From Macrostomum lignano (Eukaryota): DNA of 61,808 bases. Below, piece by piece: positions 46,680-58,700 of this stretch (the stretch's first letter is position 1; every line of letters begins with the position of its first letter). The notes beneath the pieces are model-generated. The model did no database searches. It worked only from the letters and a program-made list of their open reading frames with translations, and had not been told where the DNA came from. The DNA lies in assembly GCA_002269645.1 (NCBI GenBank), contig NIVC01002855.1:1-61808 (forward strand). The letters are read 5' to 3'. Made by a program: the position numbers and the translations under genes.

Positions 46680-47342
46680 CTATCCGGTTTGAAGATCTGT
46701 TTTCTCTTTGCTCTTGATTTTTGTCATTTCATCTGTAGAAATGACCGGACGAGCAGTAGATTCTGCTTCAACAGTATCAATATCAGGAAGATTGTGTACT
46801 CCCTCAAGACGACTGATTCTTCTCACCGATTTCTGCCATTCGGTAAAAACTAAATCTAAAAAGACTTTATTTGCAGTAATTCTTACTTTGATTTGATCAT
46901 GCAACGCTGTTGACTGAGTCATGAACTCTTCTAAATTACTCACTTTATCTGTGTTTGTGAAAACTCCTTCTTCAAGAATACGCATCCGTCTATCAGTGAA
47001 ATTTCTCAGAAGATTAATTGTCGATGTTAAACTTGTTTTTAAGCCGTTGATTTGCGAGACTGCCGAAGTTATTTCTGACCTAAGTTCATTAGTTGCGTGT
47101 GCAAACTGCGCATAAAGCTTATCACTTTCAAACTTCTGCCTGGCCACTTTTATGCGGAGATCTTCTATGTTTATCTGTAGCTGGTGCATGGAGCGCTCTA
47201 ATTGTTTCAGTCTGTTTTTATTCAGTTTGATCTCTAGGATCTTTTCGTCGCTGTTGATATATTGCCTGTCTAGGATGGATATTTGAGCTGATGTAAGAGT
47301 GCTGTTGCCAGAAATGGATTCACCTGCAAAATTAATAGACAT
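46680..47342 (-). CDS. Polinton coiled-coil protein
   Basis: 220-aa heptad-rich ORF; homologue in the complemented block. Confidence 0.55.
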   Translation of the reverse strand: MSINFAGESISGNSTLTSAQISILDRQYINSDEKILEIKLNKNRLKQLERSMHQLQINIEDLRIKVARQKFESDKLYAQFAHATNELRSEITSAVSQINGLKTSLTSTINLLRNFTDRRMRILEEGVFTNTDKVSNLEEFMTQSTALHDQIKVRITANKVFLDLVFTEWQKSVRRISRLEGVHNLPDIDTVEAESTARPVISTDEMTKIKSKEKTDLQTG

Positions 47343-47358
47343 CTTTTAATAGCAAATT

Positions 47359-48138
47359 TTAAATTACAGTTCTTTTTTCCTTGTTGATCATGACAAACTG
47401 ATAGGGTTGGTTCCACTTTTCGCAGCAGAGGTTAACAAATTCTTCTTGTGAAATCTTTCTGCTTGAGTTTTTTGTTGGATTTATAAAATAGGCAGGCGCA
47501 ATGACCTCATTGTAAAATCTTTTTAGCCTGTCCTGTGGAATTGTTGGAAACAGGAGAATCAGATTGCAGTTCCCATGAATTGTTTTGTTCTGGAGCTCGA
47601 ACATTTTTACAAATTGTTATGTCGCCCTCTTGTAAAATAGTTTTCTATCTGCTTCTGTGGGCCAGTCATACAATCATCAAAGACGATCAAATGCTTTCTC
47701 CCTTTTTCTAGCTCATCTGGTTGGGGTAGAAGTTTGGTTTTTGGATCAGCCTGTGGATCTCCATAGGTGAACACTTTGATGTTCTGCCATTTTTCATTGT
47801 CTTTGAGGTGCTTTGCATATTCAGCAGCTACAATTTCTGGGTTACTGTGAAGGTTTTGTTGGTTATTAAAACATTGAATAATGTCCTCTTTGTTCAGTTT
47901 GTTTTGCAATCCAGAAATCAACATTTTATACTCATCTTGATACAGTGTGGGAGAGTAGATGTGCAGAGTGTCATAGTTGATAAAGCCAGGTCTAAGAAGC
48001 ATGTTAAAGACTAAATGTTTTACCTGAACCTGATGAACCAACAACAATGCATCTGAAGTGACTCGGGATTGACTCGTGATGAGAAAACTTAATCTGATTA
48101 CGCGTCCAGTGAGGATTGAAGTCGTTTGAAAAGTCCAT
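47359..48138 (-). pseudogene. A32-like packaging ATPase, frameshifted after Walker A and with a deletion after RGRHNN
   Basis: GSSGSGKT, then a frame change to HLVFNML...LIVFDDCM...FTRGRHNN, then FELQNKTIHGNCN in a separate ORF. Confidence 0.88.
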
Positions 48139-48288
48139 TTTTCCTATGATGAAAAAAATTAAATAATAAATCATTTAGAAGATGTGTCATTTTGGGTCGT
48201 AGATGTGTCATTTCGGGACTTAAATGTGTCGTTTCTGGACTTAAATGTGTCCTTTCGGGACTTGTCTTGTACCCTCGGAAAGTACCCT

Positions 48289-48969
48289 TTAGTCAAATTT
48301 GAAACCACTTCCTTTTTTAATGCTAGCTCTCATCTTCTCATAGACTGCAGGGTCCACACTGTCTGGATTTGGGGCCAGTGGAGCCAGCGGGGCCAGCGGC
48401 TGAATCTCTTGTTTAGGTGTTACAGTATCCTTTATCTTTTTGGCTGCTGTGGCTACACTGCCAGCCGCTTCGGCAACGTTCTTGATGTTCTCTTTGTTCT
48501 CTCCAATGACCTTAAAAATCTTGGCCCCCTGAGCGATCAAATCGGCAAGGCCATTCCCTGAGCGTTCTTTTCTTGGATAGTGGCCTGCAGGGAAAAGGCA
48601 AGATCCGCGTTTAATGAGATTAAGTTCCTCTTTGTCATAGTATTTGTCAATGTCTTTTTGAAAATAAGAGGCATTTTTACTTGAAATAAATTATTTTTTG
48701 TTGAACCGCGAAAGCAAAAGCTTTCTCGCCCTCTTATCGATGTATTTTCTCTCAAGCATTTTGTCCAGGATGTTGACAAATTCTTTTCTATTCTCATCTT
48801 TCATTCCGGTCTTTGCCGCTCCTAGAAGAACCGGCACTCGCTTGTAGATTTCAGCTATTCCTTTTACGGAAGAGCTTGGCGGTGATTCGAATGATAGGTC
48901 AGGGGTGGATGTTCCTGGTGAGGGTTGCTGTAGCCTAGGTGTGAATACTCTGTCATTGATTCGCTTCAT
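48289..48969 (-). pseudogene. Copy-2 homologues of the 27583 and 27986 genes (first one frameshifted)
   Basis: Near-identical sequence to 27583-28130. Confidence 0.6.
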
Positions 48970-49964
48970 TCGCTCTGAGGAGAACTGCTCTAATTGTCGC
49001 CAAGCATCAGGGTATGTATCTTTGTACTGCGAAACATAAATCGGTTCTGCAGCGTCAAGTTGATCAAGTACTTGTTCAACCAGGATTTTTTGTTGCTGTG
49101 GAGGCGGAGGTTGCTGTGGTTGATGCTGTAGCTGTGGTTGTGGTTGTTGTTGTTGCTGTTGTTGTGGTTGTTACTGCTGTTATGGTTGCTGTTGTGGTTG
49201 CTGCTGTTGTGGTTGCTGCTGTTGTGGTTGCTGCTGTGGTTGTGGTTGTTGTCTTATGACAGTATTTGTATTTACTAAACCTGTTCAAGACAATCCCGTT
49301 TTCATGTAAAATTTTCAAAACACCGTTGTTCTTGAGCATAATTATGTCCCTATCGAGAGCAAAGGTAACAAGATCTTTGTAATTTTCGAGCTGCTTTTTA
49401 GACGTTTTCTCTAGATTTTTAGTCATGCAATCAAGTAAAGTTTTAGTGAACTGGATTCTTTTAGTTTTTGCGCCTTTATTGATTGAAATATTTTCCTTTG
49501 TCACTTCAATGTTGTAATCCGCCGGTTGCCCGGTAATATTTTTTCACCAGGCGCTAATTCCAAAAATATATTTTCCATCATCCACTACGGGGCCAAAAAA
49601 GTTATCCGTCACTTTCATCTGCACCGGTTGTGCTTCTGGTTGTCCTGGTTGCTGAGCCTGTGGTTGTCCTGGTTGCTGAGCCTGTGGTTGTCCCGGTGAA
49701 GATGGAATTTTACCCAATGTGTTTTACAAGTGGCTCTCTTCAATATCATCAACTGTTTCCTTCACAGTGTCGATGTTTTTCTTCGCTTCTGTGTATCCGG
49801 GTTTGTGAAATTCGGTGGCTGCTTGGACGAATTCATTGTAAGATTGTTGTTCTTTGTTGATTAGTCCGGTAACTCGTTTCTCTGCCTGCGCCAGCTTTTT
49901 TAGTTCAGAGATATGATATGAACTTTTCCGCTTCATTTTTAAATATTCTTTCTTTTGTTGAAAA

Positions 49965-51257
49965 ATGAACCATCCCCTGACACCGGTTTTCTATAAGATT
50001 AACAAACCCATTTTGAGTGATGACAGCACTATTAAAGCGACTCAGGTAAGAGTTCCCAGTCAGGAAAATCAGAATGAAACTAATTTGGGTCCAGGTCAAA
50101 CGCTGACATTTACATACAATGGATGTTCGTCTTTGGTCAGTGTCCACAGTCTAAGGAGCGGCTTCTATATGACGTTTCAATTCAAAACTAAAGGAGGCGC
50201 AGACGCCGCTCATGCTAATGATGATCTATACAATGCGGATGTCGCACTAACCAGTAATTTCTGGGCTTATATGTTCAAAGAGTTTAATGTGTCCAATGGA
50301 AGTACATAGTTGGAAAGAATAGCAAACTTTGGTGTGGTCTATGATACCCAGTGCTTGATTGAGAACCCGGATTTTATTCAGATGGGGAGCGGTGCTGGAT
50401 TCATCCCCAATGAACAGACAGGAGATGAGAATGACCCTGGTTACAAAAAGAGAAAGGAGAGATACAACTATGCTCTTGCTGGTGAGAACGATGCTGCTAA
50501 GAATCCGCTGTTTAGGTCTGTAGATATTTTTGTACCTTTGAGGTTTATAAGTGGTTTCTGTAATAGTTTCAATCGGTTGACAAGCAACTTTAGCTACACA
50601 TTTAGACTGACTAGAGATGATCGGAACAGAGGAATTTGGTCGGGGGCCAATCATACATCGATGGAGATTAAGCTAACTAGCGTGGAGCTGTACTTAGAAA
50701 TTATTGAGCCCAAGACTGCACTCAAAGCTGAATACTTGAAGGCGATTGAGAAAGACATTGATGTTGCTTATACAGCTTATATGTGCAGAGATGAGCGGAA
50801 TGACGCAAGACACAATATTTGCATTAAAAAGGCTCCTGTAGCAATCCAAGGTACAAGGCTCGTACATTATTGTCACTATGAGGAGTACGACTAATGTAGG
50901 TAGATATCTACATGGAAACGTTCGATCGATTCAACATGAGATCAGTGACAATTTATACCCTGCATTGCCACAAAATGGGAATTTCTCGGAGAACAAGATT
51001 AGTAAGTTTTACAATGAACTGTCGGACCTGGCTGTCAAAGAGAATTACGGTATTTTTTTGACAACCTTGCAGTATTAAAACTATATCCAATATTTGATGT
51101 TGATGTGACTGCTACAGACAATAGCCCTGTTAACATTGCGACTAATGTCGAGCGGAAAGAATTTGGTGCCGCAACGGCTGTTGATCTGTTTATTATCTAT
51201 GCATTTGAGAGGAAAATCAAGGTTAATATGATCAATAACTCGTCTAGTAAAGTTTGA
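49965..51257 (+). pseudogene. Major capsid protein, copy 2, with TAG at 50307 and further lesions
   Basis: Almost identical to 29283-30577. Confidence 0.8.
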
Positions 51258-51278
51258 ATAATTTTTTTTCAATAAAAA

Positions 51279-51550
51279 ATGGAAGCCATAGCCGAAAGAC
51301 TAAACAACATTGTTTCACACTCTAAGGAGTGTGATTCCAATCACTGTAGCGGGTCGCATTACTGAGTCAAACGGAATCTTCATTCAAAAATTGGAGCAAC
51401 CACTTCGTTTGGATCCCGAGGCGAATTACCACGTCTATCTTAATGATTTCACTGGGTGGTCAAATGTTCCCAATGTGACAGCGGAAAATAACAAGTTTTA
51501 TTACAAATGGAAGCGTACTACAACAGAGGTTGTGATATTTCCTGTCAGCA
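51279..51550 (+). pseudogene. Penton, 5' fragment; internal deletion removes the rest
   Basis: Matches 30600-30870, then jumps to sequence matching 31465 onward. Confidence 0.8.
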
Positions 51551-52283
51551 CTTGTCAGCACTTCAGACTTGTAAAATTACGATATAAGCCGCCAGGTACA
51601 ACCTTGTAGTTGGCTACTACAACTGCCTTATAACTTCAGCAAAGTTATAATAGCTGTCAAAATCGTTAATGACTACTCCATGTTTTTCAAACCAGTGGCT
51701 TTGGAGAGCTAGATTAATATTAGGGACATTGATATCAACGTAGGGCCAATATTTTCTCATGTACTCGCTGCATTCAAGTTTGCATCGGTACTTGCTCTTG
51801 TAATTAGGCTCGTGCGTTTTGTAATAAGAACCTGGAGAGACGATTGGAAGCATTTTTAGAGAAAATTTAGATTTTTTTTCGGAGGATGAGCACCCTGCGC
51901 TGATAATTTAAAGTCTTTGGGATCTGATTTCACCGCTTCGGATTGAATGTGGGGAGAAGAATGCAGATTATTTTCTGATTGTTTCGAAGATGCTATGGGT
52001 GGATGTCAGTGGATTATGTCAGTGTCAGTGAGCATAACAGGTGTTAATGGACACCTGTTATGCTCTGATTCTGTCAGGGATAATGCTCTGATTCTGTCAG
52101 GGATAATGCTCTGATTCTGTCAGGGATAATATGGATGGATTTAACAGGATTATGGAGGAGGTTTGTGAGCGAGTGCGGCCCCCTTTTTTTCTGATTCTGT
52201 CAGGGATAATATGAATGGATTTAATGGGATTGTGGAGGACATAAAAAATTTTGTCCCAAAAGCCCCCTCATGCCTTCTACTCT

Positions 52284-52379
52284 GAGGTGCAAATCTGTGA
52301 CGATATGGGCAAGCTAATGGATCGGATTCTTCGAGGCAAAACTGTTTTATCGATCAACATTCGTGAAATTAAGCTATAA
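52284..52379 (+). pseudogene. Probable penton C-terminus of a second Polinton lineage
   Basis: EVQICDDMGKLMDRILRGKTVLSINIREIKL resembles the I.DD.G....F..GK....L..R penton end. Short, so tentative. Confidence 0.45.
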
Positions 52380-52423
52380 ATAAAGAAGTTTTCTCGAATA
52401 AAAGACCGCAACTGATCAGCAAT

Positions 52424-52819
52424 ATGCCTTTAATCTTGATCGGTGGAGCTTTACCGGTATTTTCCGGTGCACAGCGTGGCAACGGCCTGTTTGGCAGCAT
52501 TGCCCGATTTGCCCTGCCACTTTTAAAGAGTTTTGGCAAAAATATTCTTCGCCACGGAACACGAGCCCTAGCTACAACAGTTAGCGACACACTCGATCAA
52601 GGCGGGAACTTGAAGGAAGCAGCATTGCGCAACTCTGTCCGGGCAGCTAAAGATGCTTTCAAAGACACAGTCACACAACGAGGTAGCGGCGGTGGTCAAA
52701 GGCGTAGAAAGAAGACTAACAAAAAAACGAGAAAAAGACTCCAGCATTCTGATATTTTGGACTCTATAAATAAAAAACCCGTGTCAATAATCGATCTGCC
52801 TATTAGAGCACCACACTAA
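52424..52819 (+). CDS. Polinton small virion protein (PX / amphipathic-basic type)
   Basis: QRGNGLFGSIARFALPLLKSFGK ... QRGSGGGQRRRKK: two (Q)RGxG protease-site-like motifs, an amphipathic helix and a basic tail. Confidence 0.72.
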   Translation: MPLILIGGALPVFSGAQRGNGLFGSIARFALPLLKSFGKNILRHGTRALATTVSDTLDQGGNLKEAALRNSVRAAKDAFKDTVTQRGSGGGQRRRKKTNKKTRKRLQHSDILDSINKKPVSIIDLPIRAPH

Positions 52820-52837
52820 GCCGCTGTTGAAAGAAAA

Positions 52838-53275
52838 ATGACTGAGTGCCTGTGTACAAAGTCGGAATTCGAGCTATTTGCTCCTCGAGCACACCTATTT
52901 GCTGCAATTAACGCCACCACTGAAGAAGTTCATCCTGTTGCCAGTGTTAAAAATGCCAGCGTGGTCGAATTTATGATTGTTGGTGGTGAGACGTTTATCG
53001 ATCTTAACGACATTGACCTCGAGATTAAGGCCCGCGTTAGGCAATGTAATGGCACAAATCTTGCTGCTGATTCGAATGTTGCGCCGGTCAATTACGTCCT
53101 TGAAAGCATGTTTAAAAACGTCACGTTGACAATCAACGGGACCCACGTAGAGTCGAGCAATAACAACCACGCTTACAAGGCCTATATTCGCACGTGTTTG
53201 AATTACGGACACGATTCAAAAACCAACCAACTGAGAATGATGGGCTACTACAACGGCTCCATTACTGCTAACGCT
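52838..53275 (+). pseudogene. Major capsid protein N-terminus of the second Polinton lineage, truncated
   Basis: CTKSEFELF...HPVASV...VEFMIVGGETFIDLNDIDLEIKARV...PVNYVLESMFKNVTLTING...HAYKAYIRTCLNYG is the classical Polinton PY/MCP start. Confidence 0.85.
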
Positions 53276-53364
53276 TTACCTATTCTAATTCTTACCTACT
53301 CGATACCTTCTTAACTAATGATGCTGCACCATTTATGACGAGGTGACAACAAACAATGAAATTC

Positions 53365-53558
53365 AATCTGAAACGTGCGAAATTTAACAGTCCCAGACTT
53401 CTATTGTTCCTATAAAATTTGAAACAGCGGGACAAGGCCTCCTGCAGAGCAGCCCATAGAAATCTGAAACGTGCGAAATTTAACAGTCCCAGACTTCTAT
53501 TGTTCCTATAAAATTTGAAACAGTGGGACAAGGCCTCCTGCAGAGCAGCCCATAGAAA
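53365..53558 (+). repeat. ~96-bp tandem duplication
   Basis: AATCTGAAACGTGCGAAATTTAACAGTCCC...GAGCAGCCCATAGAAAT occurs twice. Confidence 0.85.
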
Positions 53559-54519
53559 TTTTCTGATTCCCAAGCTAATATTGACTTTTAGGGATTAACG
53601 CATACCGCACAGGCCTAATTTTGCGCTCGATTCCTAAATTTTACACGTTGCTAATTGAGCGCAGGGCTACAACATAAAACTCAACATAATGGAAACGCGT
53701 GCTTAAATAAGCAAAAATCGGTATCCTACGGGGCAGCACGCGCAAAATTCGATACGCTAAGCGGGAGGGAATTAAGCAATCACGGTCAAATGGTCAATCC
53801 ACCACTCAGCGGGGGTTAAAAGGGAGACTGACTACTAGTAAATAGACCTTCTCGGTTCTGTAGTCTATGATTGCGTGAGTGCCAGCTAGAAAAGCGCTGC
53901 CCTAACCCTAACGGCCTAAGCCTCAACGCTAAGGGCATCAAAAACCGATCTCAGAGCCTAAAACCGTTTCCATATCCTCACGGGTAGTTGAGCATCGTTC
54001 AGGGCCTTATGAAAAAAACTTGCGAGCTCGAGGCCTCATGAAAAGCCTAGCGCACTCAGTGCCTTAGTAAAACCCTTGGGCGTGTGTCTAAGTCTATTAT
54101 TACCGAGCCTATCTTCTATATAACATCTTCTATGTAACTGAATCTCTATATAACTAAGTCTCTCTATGACTGAGTCTCTATAGACTTAGGGATAAACTTT
54201 GTAGAATTCTTTGGGAAGCTCTCCTATAGATATCTTCGACGCGATGATCTGGGTTTGACTTCTAGCAGAAAAAGAGAACAGAAGAGAACAGAAAAAGATA
54301 GACAAAAGCCAGACAAAAAGACAAACAGGTAAACGGCGGGATAGATAGATAAGCCTCAAGTACAGAGAGACATAGAGACCGTAAATTCCTGAAGCAAAGA
54401 GAGCGTGCCGCCCTCAGACTTTCTCATTCTGGGCTTGGGACCAGACAACGGCGTCTTTACGGCCCATTGTTTTGTTGCCTAGGTTGTCCCTCTTTTAATC
54501 AATCAAAGATAGTGAGAGA

Positions 54520-54627
54520 TTTATTGATTTGAATAAATCTCAATCTCAATCAAGGACTGATTAATTGAGTGATAATCAGTCAATCAGTTAACCAGTCAAT
54601 CAGTCAGTCAATCAATCAGTCAATCAG

Positions 54628-54694
<67 letters not shown>

Positions 54695-54740
54695 GTCAAT
54701 CAGTCAATCAGTCAATCAGTCAATCAGTCAATCAGTCAAT

Positions 54741-54794
<54 letters not shown>

Positions 54795-54870
54795 GTCAAT
54801 CAGTCAATCAGTCAATCAGTCAATCAGTCAATCAGTCAATCAGTCAATCAATCAATCAGTCAATCAATCG

Positions 54871-54902
<32 letters not shown>

Positions 54903-54935
54903 CTCAATCAATCAGTCAGTCAATCAATCAATCAA
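54520..54935 (+). repeat. (TCAA/TCAG)n microsatellite
   Basis: About 100 tetramer units. Confidence 0.97.
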
Positions 54936-55270
54936 TGTTTTGTTGCCTATGCTGTTCCTATTTTGTCCTTATTTACCCCCTATCTTGGGCCGCCCCCGTG
55001 GCCGACCCACGGGGCCCACCCCCCTACCCCGATTTTTTTCTCGAAAGAGTTAAAGTTTTGTTACAATTAAATTTACAGTTTACAATTACAATTACAGTTA
55101 ATTTTTTTGTAATTTCGATAGGTTATCTGCTAATTATTCGAAATCAATCAAATCGGTCACTTTCGCTTCAACGCACGCCTTGTTGGCATAGTTTTTTTAT
55201 AACAGTAGCAATGATAGCAATGTGCGTATTCGTGCCATTCGTGCTCGCGCTCGGCCGGTTGTAGCGCCTG

Positions 55271-55633
55271 CTTCTTCTTCTTCTTCTTCTTCTACGCAGC
55301 CCCCGCGTCGCCGCTGTCCGGCGGCTGGGGGGGAGGGCGACCTGCAGGCCGCCCCATCATCCTCAGATACCGGCAGATTCCGCCCGCGTCGTTGAGGTCG
55401 AGAGGGTGAGCAAGGCGGGCGGAGTCTCCGCGTGGACACTGCTGCAGGAGGTGCTCTTCTGTGTCTTCGTCTCCGCAGTCCGGACAGAGCGGAGTCTCGG
55501 TAAGGCCGATACGGTAGCGGGTGGCCGCGCAGGCTGTGCTGCAGCCGGCCCTCAATTGGCAAACCGCCACCGTCTCGCCACGAGTCAGGCCGCCGTAGCG
55601 CTTCCAGGGCGAGCTACGGTTCAAGAGCTTGAG
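55271..55633 (-). mobile_element. 5'-truncated LINE (3' end with CCHC knuckle and (AAG)n tail)
   Basis: QLRAGCS...CPDCGDEDTEEHLLQQCP; tail 55271-55293; 10-bp TSD GTAGCGCCTG (55261-55270, 55634-55643). Confidence 0.85.
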
Positions 55634-55722
55634 GTAGCGCCTGCTGCTGCTGCTGCTGCTCGCGCTCGGCCGGTTGTAGCGCCTGCTGCTGCTGCTGCTC
55701 GCGCTCGACCGGTTGTAGCGCC
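55634..55722 (-). repeat. (GCA)n-GGCGCTACAACCGG(T/C)CGAGCGCGA minisatellite; other blocks at 55241-55270, 59501-59611 and 60400-60542
   Basis: Same unit in all four blocks; source of the poly-A/S/Q ORFs in the track. Confidence 0.92.
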
Positions 55723-58700
55723 TCTCTCTCTCTCTCTCTCTCTCTCTGCACCGCACGTCTCGATGTCAGCTGGGCTGCAAGAGACGGGGGCGCTAGATGC
55801 GCCCCAGCCTGCGAAGAAGGTTGATGGTGAGGCTCGCGTCAACCAGGAGTGCGTCTTGTTCGCCGGGGCGGGCCGCGAACCCTCGTGGGCAGTCGAAAAG
55901 AATGTGCTGCTCGGTATCGCGAGCTCCGCAGTCCGGGCACACGTCGGAGTCGGACAGGCCGAGTCGGAGTCTAGTGGCGGCGGCAAGGTTGCTGCAGCCG
56001 GCGCGGAGCTGGTTGACCAGGACCTCAAATTTCCTCGCAAGGTTGGGAGTCTTGGCCATGGCGCCTTACGGCCCCAAAGCTCGAGGTCTAGATCACGTCT
56101 TTCCCGGCAGAGGTAAGCGCTGGCTGCCATGATGGGGACACCATGGTCGCTCTGATCTGCGGTCGCCAGTCTTGCCGCCCTATCTGCGCGTTCGTTCATG
56201 GGGATGCCGCAGTGAGCCGGTATCCAGGTGATGCGGATGGAGTGATCGCTACTCTGGTTCCAAATTTCGGAGACGATTCTGCTGTTGCTGCGCTGGCCCG
56301 CCATGATGTTGTAAATGGCCGCCTGGGAGTCAGTGAAGATGTCGATACATTGATGCTCTCTGGTATTCTGGATGGCAAGCAGTATGGCTTGAAGTTCCGC
56401 CTGGGTGCTGCTGCAGATGTTCCCTGCAGCGCTGGTGACGACCCGACCCCAGCATGGGGTGATGATCACCGCTGCGCTGGTGCCGTCCGATGTGCCGCCG
56501 GCGGCCGAGCCGTCAGTCCAAACGCTGACCGGGTGGGAGCCGCGCTCCTCGAGGTACCTCAGTGCAGTATCGCTGCGGAGGCTCTGGGGCTGGCTGCGGC
56601 TGCACTGCGTAGCCAAACTGAGGTCGAAAGTGATCGCTTCGTGGCGCCGTCCACGGCGGCTGGAGCTGCGGAGCGGGCTCCCTGGTGGGGCCGTTGAGCA
56701 GCCCCTGTCTGTCGAGCTCTTGGCTAACGCGGCGCCAGCAACCACGGTGTTCTCGCTGGTAGTCGTGGAGGACGGTGACGATGTCCTTTGGGTCTCTCGT
56801 GTTCTCTGGTGGCTCTCAAAGGCTCGATTCTTCAGTCGTGGTCGGTGTCCATTTTGGCGACCTGAAGTGCTGGAGTGTCCTGCGGGAGACGTAGGATTCT
56901 TTCTCTGAGCGTCGCACTACGTTGTAGCACCAGATGGCTGAAGGGCGACAGGTTCGCCACCGCAAGCAGGTCCCGGATGTGAGTAAGTTGGAGGCACCCA
57001 GTGATGATCCGCGCACAGCTGTGCTGTTGGCGGTCGATCAGCAGCTTAGAGCTGGCTGCAGTGAAAGACCCCCAGACCCCGCACGCGTAGTCGGCAACAG
57101 AGCGAACGGTGGCGATGTAAGCCATGCGGAGGATCTGACTGTCCGCACCGGCCGATCTGGTAGCGAGGGCAGTGAGAGGTCTTCTGCGGGCGGCCATCTT
57201 TTTACGGATCTTTGATGCATGGTGGCTGAAACTTAGGCTGTCGTCAAGAGTGAGTCCCAGGAAGGTCGGTGTTGGATCGAAGGCAAGCTTGTCGCCGTTG
57301 ATCTGGAGGTTCACTCTCCGTTTGCCGTTGTTTTCATTTGCCGCTAGAGTGAAGGTGGAGTAGCAGCATTTCCCAGTGCTAATGGAGACTTTCCAATCTC
57401 GGCACCAGTCGGCCACTGCATCCAGGGCTGGTTGGAGTTCTCTGGCACAGATGTCGAGTGTGCGAGCGGTCGCCAGTAAGGCCGAGTCATCGGCGTAGAG
57501 ACTGAGGCTAACCAAAGGGTTCGCCTCGGCGACTGCTTGGGCTAAATCGTTGACATAGATATTCCACAGCGTGGGCGCTAGCACACTGCCCTGTGGCAGA
57601 CCTTCGCGGAAGACTCTGTTCCGGCTCGTGGCGTTAACCCAGCGGACTGCGTTGTGACGGTCCGACAGGAAGCCGCGGATCCAGCGGATGATGCGCTTGG
57701 GGATGCCCATGCGGTGCATTTTGGCATACAGGGCCAGGCGCCATACTCTGTCATACGCTCGCAGAAGTCGAGGAGGCAGAGGATGCTGCGTAGCGCCGGT
57801 AGACTCTCGAGGCCGTCAAAAATGGCTTGGCAGACTCGCGCGAGCTGTTCCTCGGTGCTACGACCGCGACGAAAACCAGCTTGAGTGGGTGAGGCCGCCA
57901 CGGCTCTCCAGGTCATAATTAAGACGAGCCAGAACCATGCGCTCCGCGCACTTGGCGATGCAGCTGGTAAGTGCGACGGGGCGGTAGTTATCCGGTGATG
58001 CGGCGTCTTTCCCTTTTTTCTGGATCGGTATAATGGTGCCAATTCGCCAGCTGGTCGGTGTTTTGCCCTCCGCCAGGTGCGGTTGATGAGGCTGAGTAAG
58101 GCTTTGTCAGCGGCCGGCGGGAGCGTTTAAGCATCTCGTTGGAGACACCGTCGGTTCCCACAGCCTTCCCTGATTTGAGACATCGGATAGCGGCGCGGAG
58201 CTCGTCGATCTCGAAAGGGGCGTCCGGGCCGTCTGTTTGGGGGTCACCCATAGGCGTGGTGGCCTCGTTCGCTTCGTATCTGATGGCCGAGTCATTTTTC
58301 CGTCTGGGGACTCGGCTAACTTCGGCGTAGAGTTGGCAAAAGAGTTCGGCCTTCTCTTTGTTAGTGCGCGCTCCGGCGAGTCTGGGGAGGCGGCCCTGAC
58401 GATGGCAGCCGGGTCCGGAGTTTTAAAACCATCGCCTCTCAGTGCGCGGAGTAAGCCAAAAATGTCCGAGTCCTGGCTGAAATTTGCCGCTTTATCGAAC
58501 AGGAAGGCTTTTTTTCTCCCTCCGGAGACAGCCTGAGGCGTTGTGGCGGGCTCTGTTTGCGGCAATAATATTTTCTGGTGTCGGTTCTTTTTCTGCGGAT
58601 TGTCTCGCGGAACGTGTAGCTTTGGAGGCCTCTTCGCAGGCGTCGTTCCAGAACGGCAGGCGTCTCGTCTCTTTCCCGGAGCTGCGCGTGATGGCAAGTC

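Larger units (their letters stand above)
45228..52281. mobile_element. Polinton/Maverick provirus, copy 2; left arm deleted, right terminus intact
   Basis: pPolB C-terminus, protease, ATPase, MCP, penton remnant and terminal repeat ending CTTCTACT. No integrase seen. Confidence 0.92.

Noticed and set aside
54569-54898. 109-aa SINQ-repeat ORF
   Set aside because: Translation of the (TCAA)n microsatellite.
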